DNA from: Tubulanus polymorphus
Lineage: Eukaryota; Animalia; Nemertea
Reading direction: 5' to 3'
Length of the DNA: 64,000 nt
Assembly: GCF_964204645.1 (NCBI RefSeq)
Contig: NC_134025.1
Location: 15,190,001 to 15,254,000, forward strand
Below the pieces are notes generated by a model. The model saw nothing but the letters and a program-made list of their open reading frames with translations, searched no databases and was not told the origin of the DNA. The position numbers and the translations under genes are program-made. Below are positions 46,533 through 58,845 of the stretch, piece after piece. Each line of letters starts with the position of its first letter. The first letter of the stretch is position 1.

Positions 46533-49500
46533 ATGACTACATTTTTTCCAGCGCAACCCGCCGTTATTTATGTTCCAGTATTACTTTCTAAAGAAACTGA
46601 CCATAAAACTACTCAAACGGGTAGTAGCAAAATTGCTCTTAATGCTGGTCCATCGGAATTGTCAGAAATAGTTAACTATATTCACGATCTATTTGCGTTA
46701 TTACAAATACGATTTTTAAGTTGCTCTGGAGATATTTTTCTCGAGATTACTCGAGGAATATGTGATGTGGGATTCACGACGGGAGGACCAGCGACCGTGT
46801 CGAAGATATTAATATTCACATCTGGTGTTCTGAAACACTACTTATGCGATGAATTATTATTCGAAACATCATATCTATCGGACACGGGAATAGATTGGAA
46901 TGTAATCGACGATATGCTTGGTCGGATGTCTAGTGAATATGTATTCTGCACAGGAATATCCAGACCGGAATATCCAGACAGCGTTTGTTCGTCAATCAAG
47001 TATATTCCGTCGTTCGTTATCGAGAGAAAGATTCCGCCATCATTTATATCAAAAAAGTGCAAAAAATGGTTCAAACTTCGATTCAATGCCACGGTAGAAG
47101 AACGAGAAGCAAGATTATCAGCAACGTCTCGATGTCCGGAACGTTCAAATGCTTATCGCAATCTTCGAAAGACGAACAAGCGTGAACAATTGGTTACTCC
47201 GCAAACTAAAGCAAGACGTTCAGAAAAAAATTCTAACTATCCTATGACTAATTTGACACCACGAAGCAAAAAGCGGAGAATCGAGAGAAAGAGTTCAAGT
47301 GCTAGAAATGTAAAGCGTCGATTAATTAACACCTCACAGAAAATTCAAAATGACTATACCATCGAACTTGAACAGACGCAAATTAAGGAATTGGAAGATT
47401 TTTGTTCTCACGTCAAGCCTGGTGATATCGAAGCTGTCTTAGCGGAAGCAGAATTAGAAAAAGACACATTGCAAGCAATAAAAACTACCTGGGAAGCCGA
47501 TCAGCACCGCAATGGTAAGTGAATTTCTATCATTTTGAATTCATGAAAAAATTCATATAATTCTGAACCACTAGATATTTTCAATATACTTCTCAATATT
47601 GGATACTTTAGCCCACAATTCTAGATGAAAATTGGACTTCTTTTAACTCAATATATTTGTTGATCCAAATTTCAAATTGAAAAGTGAAATCCAGACAAAA
47701 TTTACAAAATATTTTAATTTTTCAAATTAGAAACTGGACAGAAAGGAAACCGTTGGAGTATGGTCACCTATCGAATTGCTCTGTCAATATACTGTCGAAG
47801 CCCTGCAGCCTACGAAGCGATTCAAGAGTGGGGAATTTTCAAACTGCCCTCGCGAAGTTCACTGCAGCACTATTCTACTGCACTGTTGCAGACTCCTGGA
47901 ACGGAGTCATATTATGATTATATAGAAGACACATTAAACCGTTATAATTTGTGGAAAAATGAGTGTACATCGAAAGGCAAAAAATCACCAACCTCAACTG
48001 GAGTTTTGATACTCGATGAAGTAAAAGTTATCGGTAAAGTAGCGTGGAATAGTAAAAATAAACAACTCAACGGGCTCGCTATGGACGCCACAGAAATGTC
48101 TTCTTTGAAAGATATTTTCAAAGAATTATCCGGAGAATGTACACCAGAGACGGCTGGATATGAGTTGCAGTTTTTGTGGAGGGACTTAAGCAGTGATTTC
48201 GATATTATTGGACCTTATTTTAATTGTCACACAACAATGGATGCAGCTTTTACGACAGCTTGTCTGTATGATGTCTTTAGAATCTTTTATGAGTATGGAT
48301 TCATGGTAAGTTTTTAAGTTGATTGCAAATGAAACCAAAAATTCATAATTTTTGATGAAACCCATTGATTAGCATCTTCAGATATCTTTAATTTTCAAAT
48401 TTCTTTGCAGACAAGGGTGGTGGTGACTGATGGAGCCAGCATCAACCTATCGATGATAAAAACACTCAGTGGTTATCCGCACGGTGCCTTTGGTCTAATG
48501 GATGCCCAGGAAGATCGGCATAAAGTTGAACCTTGGATGATGAACCCCCACGAACCAGAAAAGAAAATTTACTTTGTCATCTGTCCATCACATCAAGTAA
48601 GCTAACACTTCTATCCAAGTTGAAATATGGTATTTTACAGTATAATTGAAGGATCTCATCTTTATTGATATGTTTCTTTTTACAGCTTAAAAATCAAATT
48701 AATCAGTTGTGGGCAAGTCAAACAGGTGGAACGAAAAACTTCATGAATGGAGTTGAATTCGGATGGGATGAAATAAAAAGTATGTGGAATCGTGAAACTC
48801 AAAGAAGAGATGATAATCATATTCGGATGGTACCAGGATTGATCAAATCTTATATAGAACGAGATTCCTGGACTAAGCTAAATGTTAAACCAGCAAAAAT
48901 CATGCAGGTATAAAAAACATTAATTCAAACTTAATTAAGAGATAACTGTCAGAACCTAGTCTTCACGAACTGTATTTATTTATAGCAACCGCAAGTGCTT
49001 GTCGAACTCTACAGTTACGCGAATCCCGACAATTCTCCTATCCCATTGGAATCAGAACATGTTATGGCAACCCGAAGTTTCCTGGTGGCTTGCAGCCAAC
49101 TTTTTGAAGAAGGACTTCTGAAAAGTAGAAAACCAAATGACATGACAAGAAATAGCCAGATTCATGACATGGAAAGCCCAATCATATTGAACATCTCAGA
49201 AGGATATAAATACGTCAGGGACTGGTGTGAATATCTACACCATGAATGTGAGTGAATACACCGATATAACAAATTATTTTGCATGTGTCTAAAATAAATT
49301 TGCCAGACGAAATAATTCATAGAGAAATTAACTAATTCAAATTTGGGTTCCTATCTTATTTTCAGTTGCTGACGAATTCCAGATGATTTCTCCATCCCAA
49401 AAGAAATTTATTAGTTGGCAGGTAAACTAAGATAACATATCAACGAAATAGCACCTATGGCTATCTTTTTAAATGAGCATCTATAAGAAATGGAGACACT

Positions 49501-49703
49501 ATTTATATTTTCAGACATATGATCTACTTCGTGTTATGGTGTTTGGGTTCATTGGATTTTGTAAAGACTATCTCACTGAATTTCCTGGATATTGTATTAC
49601 CCCACTCACAGTGAATGGCAGTGCAGTAGAAACTCTCTTCTCGCAGTTTAAACACTGCGTGGGTGGAAAACTAACGTCATTGAACTATCCACAGGCAAGG
49701 TGA
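46533..49703 (+). CDS. Mirror copy of the seven-exon P-like transposase
   Basis: Exons 46533-47514, 47731-48305, 48411-48596, 48686-48907, 48986-49247, 49366-49421, 49515-49703 (2472 nt, in frame). Confidence 0.8.
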
Positions 49704-49883
49704 ACTGTTATGTTAAAAAGAGAGGTCCATGGCCATCAGAAGAAAAAGAAGAGAAATTATTACAGAGATACACCGCTTTATACCCAGGACGTTCCACTCA
49801 TGATAAAAAAATAATTAACAAACTAAAAATAAATTATATATAAACATATACGTTCATGTATTGTCCAATTTCTTAGTTACCTT

Positions 49884-51397
49884 TGTAGCGGAAAACGGGG
49901 GCAACACGGTGCTGCCCTCTCTCTTCTAATATGGCGGTCATTCTTCTGCTCATCAATTTGCTGCTTCAATCGTCATTCATCTAATATGTCAGGAGGTCTT
50001 GAAGGTAAAATCTAAAGTCTTCCAAGCCCGCTACGGAGTTCGCTCACGTCGAATGATTTCTGGTAGTGAAACCAAAAAGGGAAATAATATTTCACCGCAA
50101 GAGATGATCCTCATGAGAAACCGAGAGAGATAAATCTATAAAATAGCCACGATTTGAAAATTATAGTCTGCTATGTTAAGATCGTGCATACCGAGCACGA
50201 ATAGCCTATTTTCCGGTATACGGTTATCCTCAGCAACATGTATCTTACATGCCCGTAAGGCCCACAGCATATAATTGAGTTGGCCACCCCAAATTATACC
50301 TGGATCTACCCTACATTCGACCGGTCTATAGAATAATCCCGTAACCCTCACTTCATACTAATGGCAGTCCAAAATCCTACCATAGATTCTCCCACCTATG
50401 GGCTGTAGGCTCAAAGTCCCTACTAAATAGTCCTCTGCTATTCGTCTCCACCATTTCAATCTTGTCAAAAAGCTGATATCATAAATAATTTTTCCTCAGT
50501 CCTTATTAAGGTTCTGACCATTCTCAATAGATAAGTCTGAAGCCGCATATAAAATACTGAATCTAATTATTAATTTATTAAAGTCATACTTTCTTATTAT
50601 AATTCAAAGTGAATAAATATTAGGTTAATTCTACTATATAACTTATTCTTTTCTTTATCGAATCTACCGTCTAAGTATCTCGTAAAAGAACAAAAACCTA
50701 TTACGTAAACGTATTATCATATAATTCGAATCGACAATCAAATCACGCAAATACGGTTCGAAGAGTAAATTAATGGAAGTTCAGACAAATCCAAGCTGTC
50801 GATCACAATCATCGTTGAAAACGATAAAAAGGAGACGGCCGGCCTGACTGACTTATTAATTATCAATAGTGAACCGATTACGTGAATGTCGGTCAGCCCG
50901 GTCAAAGACCGGAGCTGACCGACGAATCAACTGATGCTTACCAAGTCTGGCTGTCAACTGCCAAACTGAAATGATGGGAGTCAATACGACCGGTAAAACA
51001 GTTAATATCGTTAAATAATGATAATCGGTTGACCCCAGCATCTCAGCATGACAACGGGCAGCTCAGCCTGGTTACCCCACCCCGCTAGCCCAACAACTGA
51101 CATGACAACCGACACACCAGCTGATAGCGCCGCCACTCGCGTGCTACGGACACTACCAGCATGATTAAAATTTACGGATACTTAGCCGGTTAAAAATACA
51201 CATTTAAAGTAAGTGATCCCACCCCCCATCTATACAACATATCAATACACAATATCTATATACAGTATACATCTTAAATTCAACAAAAGTAAATAGAGTA
51301 ACATCTAACAAACCTATCCCGCCCCCCTCTAAATATTATTCCATTCAATTCAATTCAATACATTTGAATAAATACATACAATTGCACAAACGCTACA
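49884..51397 (-). repeat. Outer 3' LTR (1514 bp); polypurine tract GGAGGGGGGGTAG at 51398-51410
   Basis: Matches 58846-60359 at the diagnostic sites checked. Confidence 0.95.
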
Positions 51398-51947
51398 CTA
51401 CCCCCCCTCCAGATCTGGACGTCCTCGTCCAGAAAATAACTATATTACATAACAATTTAATTAAAACTTCTTCAAAATATTACAAAATTCACACTCCACC
51501 TTGCTTCCTACCGGATAAACTAAGACAAATTCCCCCCCAAACATCTCGCCAACGTGCCTGTGTTCGATCATTTTCTTTCTCGGGTCCGACGTCACATCAA
51601 CTGGTATCAACGGAATTGTCCATGGTTTAGCATCTCGCTCTGACGTTTTTGGTCGCAACTTTTCTGTCGGAATTAATTTCTGCGGACTGTTGAAAGGACT
51701 TAGGCTCGGCGTCACTACGGTCGTTTCTTCTTTCCAGTTTCCGGTAATTTCTAATAGTTCCTCGATTGATACTTCAGGTACTTCAATTATAGGTTCTGAC
51801 TGTGTTTTCGTTTCCATCGGAATTTTCTGTACTACTGAACAAGGAATTGCAGGTAATAATTCTCTCTCACACCGTTCCGTTTGCTCTACTGTTCGTATAA
51901 ATCGGCTTGAATGCCCTTTAACTGCATTCAAGCCCCCGAAACGTTTT

Positions 51948-53459
51948 TGTAGCGGAAAACGGGGGCAACACGGTGCTGCCCTCTCTCTTCTAACATGGCG
52001 GTCATTCTTCTGCTCATCAATTTGCTGCTTCAATCGTCATTCATCTAATATGTCAGGAGGTCTTGAAGGTAAAATCTAGTCTTCCAAGCCCGCTACGGAG
52101 TTCGCTTACGTCGAATGATTTCTGGTAGTGAAACCAAAAAGGGAAATAATATTTCACCGCAAGAGATGATCCTCATGAGAAACCGAGAGAGATAAATCTA
52201 TAAAATAGCCACGATTTGAAAATTATAGTCTGCTATGTTAAGATCGTGCATACCGAGCACGAATAGCCTATTTTCCGGCATACGGTTATCCTCAGCAACA
52301 TGTATCTTACATGCCCGTAAGGCCCACAGCATATAATTGAGTTGGCCACCCCAAATTATACCTGGATCTACCCTACATTCGACCGGTCTATAGAATAATC
52401 CCGTAACCCTCACTTCATACTAATGGCAGTCCAAAATCCTACCATAGATTCTCCCACCTATGGGCTGTAGGCTCAAAGTCCCTACTAAATAGTCCTCTGC
52501 TATTCGTCTCCACCATTTCAATCTTGTCAAAAAGCTGATATCATAAATAATTTTTCCTCAGTCCTTATTAAGGTTCTGACCATTCTCAATAGATAAGTCT
52601 GAAGCCGCATATAAAATACTGAATCTAATTATTAATTTATTAAAGTCATACTTTCTTATTATAATTCAAAGTGAATAAATATTAGGTTAATTCTACTATA
52701 TAACTTATTCTTTTCTTTATCGAATCTACCGTCTAAGTATCTCGTAAAAGAACAAAAACCTATTACGTAAACGTATTATCATATAATTCGAATCGACAAT
52801 CAAATCACGCAAATACGGTTCGAAGAGTAAATTAATGGAAGTTCAGACAAATCCAAGCTGTCGATCACAATCATCGTTGAAAACGATAAAAAGGAGACGG
52901 CCGGCCTGACTGACTTATTAATTATCAATAGTGAACCGATTACGTGAATGTCGGTCAGCCCGGTCAAAGACCGGAGCTGACCGACGAATCAACTGATGCT
53001 TACCAAGTCTGGCTGTCAACTGCCAAACTGAAATGATGGGAGTCAATACGACCGGTAAAACAGTTAATATCGTTAAATAATGATAATCGGTTGACCCCAG
53101 CATCTCAGCATGACAACGGGCAGCTCAGCCTGGTTACCCCACCCCGCTAGCCCAACAACTGACATGACAACCGACACACCAGCTGATAGCGCCGCCACTC
53201 GCGTGCTACGGACACTACCAGCATGATTAAAATTTACGGATACTTAGCCGGTTAAAAATACACATTTAAAGTAAGTGATCCCACCCCCCATCTATACAAC
53301 ATATCAATACACAATATCTATATACAGTATACATCTTAAATTCAACAAAAGTAAATAGAGTAACATCTAACAAACCTATCCCGCCCCCCTCTAAATATTA
53401 TTCCATTCAATTCAATTCAATACATTTGAATAAATACATACAATTGCACAAACGCTACA
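51948..53459 (-). repeat. Internal LTR (1512 bp) with its own polypurine tract at 53460-53472
   Basis: Same LTR sequence with at least four differences from both outer LTRs. Confidence 0.95.
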
Positions 53460-53522
53460 CTACCCCCCCTCCAGATCTGGACGTCCTCGTCCAGAAAATA
53501 ACTATATTACATAACAATTTAA

Positions 53523-54242
53523 TTAAAACTTCTTCTTCAAAATATTACAAAATTCACACTCCACCTTGCTTCCTACCGGATAAACTAAGACAAATTCCCC
53601 CCAAAACATCTCGCCAACGTGCCTGTGTTCGATCATTTTCTTTCTCGGGTCCGACGTCACATCAACTGGTATCAACGGAATTGTCCATGGTTTAGCATCT
53701 CGCTCTGACGTTTTTGGTCGCAACTTTTCTGTCGGAATTAATTTCTGCGGACTGTTGAAAGGACTTAGGCTCGGCGTCACTACGGTCGTTTCTTCTTTCC
53801 AGTTTCCGGTAATTTCTAATAGTTCCTCGATTGATACTTCAGGTACTTCAATTATAGGTTCTGACTGTGTTTTCGTTTCCATCGGAATTTTCTGTACTAC
53901 TGAACAAGGAATTGCAGGTAATAATTCTCTCTCACACCGTTCCGTTTGCTCTACTGTTCGTATAAATCGGCTTGAATGCCCTTTAACTGCATTCAAATCT
54001 TTCGGATGACTTTTCTCTACATGTTCCTTCATCAGGCTCACTCGATGCGAATTGAATACGCACAGCGTGCACTGAAATAATCGGGTATCGGATATACCAA
54101 CGTTCTCTTTTCTCGACGCTTTATTTCTGCAGTTCCTCAGATGTCTTCGTTTATTCGTGCCTTCTGATAATGATCGCAAGCAGTATGAACATTTCCACAG
54201 TCTCTCGAACGTAGGAGCCATTTTCATTAAGCTCTCTACCAA
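53523..54242 (-). CDS. Gypsy accessory ORF3 with two C2H2-like zinc fingers
   Basis: WKCSYCLRSLSEGTNKRRHLRNC and FQCTLCVFNSHRVSLMKEHVEKSH; lies between pol and the PPT. Confidence 0.65.
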   Translation of the reverse strand: MVESLMKMAPTFERLWKCSYCLRSLSEGTNKRRHLRNCRNKASRKENVGISDTRLFQCTLCVFNSHRVSLMKEHVEKSHPKDLNAVKGHSSRFIRTVEQTERCERELLPAIPCSVVQKIPMETKTQSEPIIEVPEVSIEELLEITGNWKEETTVVTPSLSPFNSPQKLIPTEKLRPKTSERDAKPWTIPLIPVDVTSDPRKKMIEHRHVGEMFWGEFVLVYPVGSKVECEFCNILKKKF

Positions 54243-57200
54243 GCATCAAGTGATTAGGAGAATAACCCGTAACGTCATGTTTTGTGGCTCTGTACGCCAT
54301 GGTTACATAAGGTAAGCATTCATCCCAATCCTCTTGATCGTCCTGTATTGTCATTGCTAAACAATTTAGTAGGGTTCTATTGAATCGTTCAACCAATCCA
54401 TCAGACTGTGGGTGATACGCGCAAGTTCTCGTCTTCTTTATCTCCAATAATACACATAATTCTTTCATCAATCTAGATTGAAAGTTAGCACCTTGATCCG
54501 TATGAATTATTCTTGGCACCCCAAACCTTGATATAAATTCTTCAACTAATTTACACGCTACAGTTTCTGCGCTCTGATCTGGTAAAGCATAAGCTTCTAC
54601 CCATTTCGTAAAATAATCGCAAACTACTAAAATATAGGTCATTCCATTGCGTGAAGTCGGTAATGGACCCAAAATATCCATGGCTATTCTTTCCATTGGA
54701 AGACCCACTTTGTATAACTGTAGGCTAGCTTTTGGTTTCACTGCTGGTGTCTTTCGAGCACCACATACAAAACAACACAAGCAGTGCATTCTTACATCTT
54801 GCCGGATGTGATGCCAATAAAAACGGCCGTGCACTCTTGTTAAAGTTTTACGAATCCCTAGATGTGCCGCAGTTATAGAGTTATGTAAACTGTGTAAAAC
54901 TTCTTCTCTATAATCTTTCGGTAATAATAGTAAAATGGATTCACTAAATCCTTCTCTCTGTTTACGGATATATAAAACATCATCTATAATCTTTAACTGT
55001 TGCCACCGAGCCCAATAAAACTTAGCATCTTCGCCTAATTCGCTCACATCAGACCATTCTGGTTTGCTATTGCTTTCTATATACGGAAATATCCACTTGA
55101 ACTCCGGATCATTACGTTGAGCTTGTGAGATATTCATAGATAGCCAATGGCCCTCTGGAGCGAATTGACTATACGTATATCGAGTTTCTGTTATATCTTG
55201 TTCCGATACTAAGTTATTTATACTACTCTCTCTCATTTCATTACAGGTACCCTCGTTCTTTCTTGTTATACGATCACATTGTATGCATTCTTGTCTGGAT
55301 AATGCATCGGCATTACCATGATTCTTGCCGGGCCTATGGATGATCTCAAAATCGTAAGTGCTTAATACGGATATCCACCTCGCTATCTGTCCCTCTGGTT
55401 CTTTAAATGACATTAACCACTTTAAAGAAGCATGATCTGTTCTTAAAGTGAAACGCTTGCCCATCAAATAGTATTTAAAATGTTTAATGAACGATACTAC
55501 AGCCAGCAATTCCCGTCTCGTTACACAATAATTTCTTTCAGGCTTGGCTAACGTACGACTTGCGTATGCTATCACTCTTTCTTTTCCATCCTGAATTTGC
55601 GACAAAACTGCTCCTATACCAGTATTGCTAGCGTCTGTGTCTAGTATAAAAGATATGTTCGGGTCTGGATATGCCAATATAGGGGCTGTCGTTAATAATT
55701 CTTTGATCTTTGTAAAAGCCACGTCACACTCAGGTGACCACTTAAATTCTTTGCCTTTTTCTGTAAGCGTATATAAGGGTTTAGCTATTGAAGCGAACCC
55801 TTTACAAAACGAACGATAATAGGAGGCTAATCCCATAAAAGAACGCACTCCCGACGGAGTTACTGGCTGAGGCCATTCTTTGATTGCTTTAACTTTCGCT
55901 TCTGTACAAGCAATGCCTTGGTCTGACACTACATGCCCTAAAAATTCAATACTACTTTTGAAAAAATGACATTTCTTAGGCTTGAGTTTTAACCCCGCGG
56001 CTCGAAGGCGCTCCAAAACTTTCTCTAAATTCATCAAAGTTGATTCGAAATCTTTGCCAAATATAATGACATCATCTAGATAAACTAGGACTATGTCGTT
56101 CAATAAGCCTTCCAGTACTCTCTCCATAAGTCTCTCAAAAGTAGGACCACTATTTTTGAGACCCATAGGCATTTTTCTAAATTGATATAAACCTTGCGGT
56201 ACTACAAAAGCAGTCTTTTCTTTGTCTTTAGGCGATACCGGAACTTGCCAGTAACCTGCCTGAAGATCGGCTCCACAGAAATACTTGGCTCCCGATAAAG
56301 ACCTTATCGTATCATCAATTCGAGGTAATGGATAGGAGTCTGATACTGTACATTCGTTCAAAGCCCGATAGTCTAGGCAAAATCTAAGGTTACCATCTTT
56401 TTTAGTCACCAATACTATTGGACTGCTCCATGGTGACTGACTATTCTCGATCACTTTAGAATCCATCATATCTTTCAAAAGTTTATCTAATTCTACTTGT
56501 TTCGCTAATGGTAAACGCCGAAATCGTTGTTTGATAGGAGGCGTTGAACCTGTATCTATAGTATGGTAAACTCCTTTCGCTTCCCCTAAATCCGTATCTG
56601 ATTTCGCAAATACATCCGCGTATTTCACAATTGAATTTCGCACTTTTCTAGCTTGTTCCGGGCTCAAACCATCGCAACTACGCTTAATTAAGTCTTCTAG
56701 ATATTCTAAGGATTCTTTACTCTCTACTTGATTAACTTGATCTGATTTACCACTTGCCTCTTCTCGTGACCATATAGCTCTTACCCTTGATATTTTAGCC
56801 ATAGAGGTATTTTTATACAATACTCTCGGCTGATCGCCTAAATTTACGATTCTAACTAATATCTGTGATTTTTCCGTGTCCACTACACTACGTGCTACAC
56901 ACATTTCAGGGCCTAACTTCCAATTGTGGTTCGATTCCACCATCGCCCACTTGCCTAAGTACTGTTTATCTTTCTCGTCGATATAGCCCGGCACCGTTAT
57001 TTCAGATAAAGGCGGGACCTTAATTCTGTCTGTTGATCTAATTAATATTGCGTTCTCGTGAATAGGCGCTATTGGCTCCTCATGCATTTGATGACCTTGA
57101 CAAGTCACCGTACGCTGTTTTAAATGGATATGACAATCATATGCTGTCAGAAAATCCATTCCGAGAATTGCATCTTCTTTAATTTCGGCCACTATCACTT

Positions 57201-57591
57201 CCCAAGGTATATTTTTACCAAATAAGCCTAAGGGAATGACCGCTGTACCTCTCACTCTAATACTACTATGATCAGCTGCATAGAGTCGTATAGTTGATTG
57301 TTCTAATTTTATCTTGTGATTCTTTATAATTTCAGTATACAAACGATTACTGATGATTGTGTTATGAGCACCGGTATCTACCAGATACTTCACAGACACT
57401 CCGTGGACTACTGCCGACAAATAAATCGCCGATTGTGATTTATCATTTTTGGACAGTACGTATACTTTAGAATCATCTTTCTTTTGTCTATTTTCAATCT
57501 CTAAATTCTTTGGGAGACTTGATTTATTTACTCTAGCCGAACCTACTCCCTTTTGAACGGCGCGGGAGAGTTTAAAGGCTGCTGTGTACAT
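54151..57591 (-). CDS. pol: Gypsy Pol polyprotein (protease, RT, RNase H, integrase); integrase C-terminus apparently deleted
   Basis: LVDTGA, YLDDVIIF, DTDASNTGIGAVL, HHCC-like zinc motif, MDILGPL / HTDQGANF / GLVERFNRTL. Confidence 0.96.
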   Translation of the reverse strand: MYTAAFKLSRAVQKGVGSARVNKSSLPKNLEIENRQKKDDSKVYVLSKNDKSQSAIYLSAVVHGVSVKYLVDTGAHNTIISNRLYTEIIKNHKIKLEQSTIRLYAADHSSIRVRGTAVIPLGLFGKNIPWEVIVAEIKEDAILGMDFLTAYDCHIHLKQRTVTCQGHQMHEEPIAPIHENAILIRSTDRIKVPPLSEITVPGYIDEKDKQYLGKWAMVESNHNWKLGPEMCVARSVVDTEKSQILVRIVNLGDQPRVLYKNTSMAKISRVRAIWSREEASGKSDQVNQVESKESLEYLEDLIKRSCDGLSPEQARKVRNSIVKYADVFAKSDTDLGEAKGVYHTIDTGSTPPIKQRFRRLPLAKQVELDKLLKDMMDSKVIENSQSPWSSPIVLVTKKDGNLRFCLDYRALNECTVSDSYPLPRIDDTIRSLSGAKYFCGADLQAGYWQVPVSPKDKEKTAFVVPQGLYQFRKMPMGLKNSGPTFERLMERVLEGLLNDIVLVYLDDVIIFGKDFESTLMNLEKVLERLRAAGLKLKPKKCHFFKSSIEFLGHVVSDQGIACTEAKVKAIKEWPQPVTPSGVRSFMGLASYYRSFCKGFASIAKPLYTLTEKGKEFKWSPECDVAFTKIKELLTTAPILAYPDPNISFILDTDASNTGIGAVLSQIQDGKERVIAYASRTLAKPERNYCVTRRELLAVVSFIKHFKYYLMGKRFTLRTDHASLKWLMSFKEPEGQIARWISVLSTYDFEIIHRPGKNHGNADALSRQECIQCDRITRKNEGTCNEMRESSINNLVSEQDITETRYTYSQFAPEGHWLSMNISQAQRNDPEFKWIFPYIESNSKPEWSDVSELGEDAKFYWARWQQLKIIDDVLYIRKQREGFSESILLLLPKDYREEVLHSLHNSITAAHLGIRKTLTRVHGRFYWHHIRQDVRMHCLCCFVCGARKTPAVKPKASLQLYKVGLPMERIAMDILGPLPTSRNGMTYILVVCDYFTKWVEAYALPDQSAETVACKLVEEFISRFGVPRIIHTDQGANFQSRLMKELCVLLEIKKTRTCAYHPQSDGLVERFNRTLLNCLAMTIQDDQEDWDECLPYVTMAYRATKHDVTGYSPNHLMLGRELNENGSYVRETVEMFILLAIIIRRHE
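57535..57576 (-). promoter_or_regulatory. -1 ribosomal frameshift signal between gag and pol
   Basis: Slippery T TTA AAC in gag frame (57570-57576) followed by CTCCC/GGGAG stem and GCCG/CGGC second stem. Confidence 0.72.
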
Positions 57592-58601
57592 TGTCTTGCT
57601 ATATGACCTTTCTGCTGGCAGTTATAACAAACTACGTTATTACTTGTTCTATATGGTGTTGACTGAGATTTATAATTATTTCTGCGACTATTGAACATAC
57701 GTCGCACATCCTCTCTTAAACTCGCCATTTCTTTCTTAAGCTCAGAAACCTCATCTGAAACTATTGCTTGTCTTACATATGTTTCTCTTGGAAATCTATC
57801 ATTCGATGATTCCATCATATATATACTTTCTAAACGTAACGCGTATGAGATTAATTCATCAAAACTCTTTACATCTGATTGCCATAATCTCATTCTCATT
57901 TCACCATCGGACAATGCTTCGATGAAATGCGTTCTGGCTAGCTTGTCTCTTTGCACCAAAGAGAATTCAGGATATGCTTGAGCACAAAGAATTGTTACTG
58001 CTTGTCCCAATTCTTTTAAACTTTCGTGTCTCTTGCGTTTTCGATTGCGCAGTTCGGCCAGATGAACTTCCGCGAAATCCCCTGGACCAAATCTTGCGTC
58101 TAAAATCTTACAAATTTCTTGATACTCTAATCTTTCCGTGTTAACCAGCTTAGTACAAACTAGTTGCCTAGCCGCGCCTCGTAATGAAGCGAATAAGAAG
58201 TCGGCTTTAACATCGTTTGACCAGTGATTAATTCTCGCTACTGTTTCAAACCCTAATCTGTAATCTTGCCATGATCCGTCACCTGAATAATTTTCTGGTT
58301 TTATCTTACAGATCACGTTTGGTTCTACATTACGGGAACTGTAAGAACTTGTTCTACCTACATCCGCCGAACCACTACTTTGAGACCACGTTCCATCTTG
58401 ACTCTCGCCAGAGAACGTTTGGCCTGTCGGATTACTAGTCATACTAGACCGATACGACGCGGACTTGCTAACAGGACCTACATCACCTTGAACTATTATA
58501 GACGTCTCGTTATTCACAAGACCGTCTGGACTTGATAAATCTTCCGAACTTTTACTACGCATAATGCGAGCGCGCGATGCACGAGTCACAGGATAACTCA
58601 T
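57543..58601 (-). CDS. gag: Gypsy Gag with CCHC zinc knuckle
   Basis: KPENYSGDGSWQDY, LRGAAR, CYNCQQKGHIARQC. Confidence 0.93.
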   Translation of the reverse strand: MSYPVTRASRARIMRSKSSEDLSSPDGLVNNETSIIVQGDVGPVSKSASYRSSMTSNPTGQTFSGESQDGTWSQSSGSADVGRTSSYSSRNVEPNVICKIKPENYSGDGSWQDYRLGFETVARINHWSNDVKADFLFASLRGAARQLVCTKLVNTERLEYQEICKILDARFGPGDFAEVHLAELRNRKRKRHESLKELGQAVTILCAQAYPEFSLVQRDKLARTHFIEALSDGEMRMRLWQSDVKSFDELISYALRLESIYMMESSNDRFPRETYVRQAIVSDEVSELKKEMASLREDVRRMFNSRRNNYKSQSTPYRTSNNVVCYNCQQKGHIARQCTQQPLNSPAPFKRE

Positions 58602-58825
58602 TTTTTTTTTTTTTGCTGACTTGTACGACTTCGAATCTGTATAAAATACGAAGTCTAAATTGTATGTCCTTGTTTAAAACTTAACTACATATACTACTTT
58701 ATGCAAAACTTATCGACTCTATCTAAAAGGGAACAGGTCAGAATCTACTTAAATATGTATCTGTTATGTTGCGAGGCTATATAAAAAAAATTATTATCTC
58801 TCAATCTGGAATCTCAAAAAGAATC

Positions 58826-58843
58826 ATCCCACTTCTGACACCA
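58826..58843 (-). promoter_or_regulatory. Primer-binding site complementary to tRNA-Leu 3' end
   Basis: TGGTGTCAGAAGTGGGAT two nt after the 5' LTR. Confidence 0.88.
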
Positions 58844-58845
58844 AT

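Noticed and set aside
51932-51947. CCGAAACGTT in the Gypsy filler matches the Penelope hammerhead core
   Set aside because: Only 10 nt; cannot be distinguished from chance
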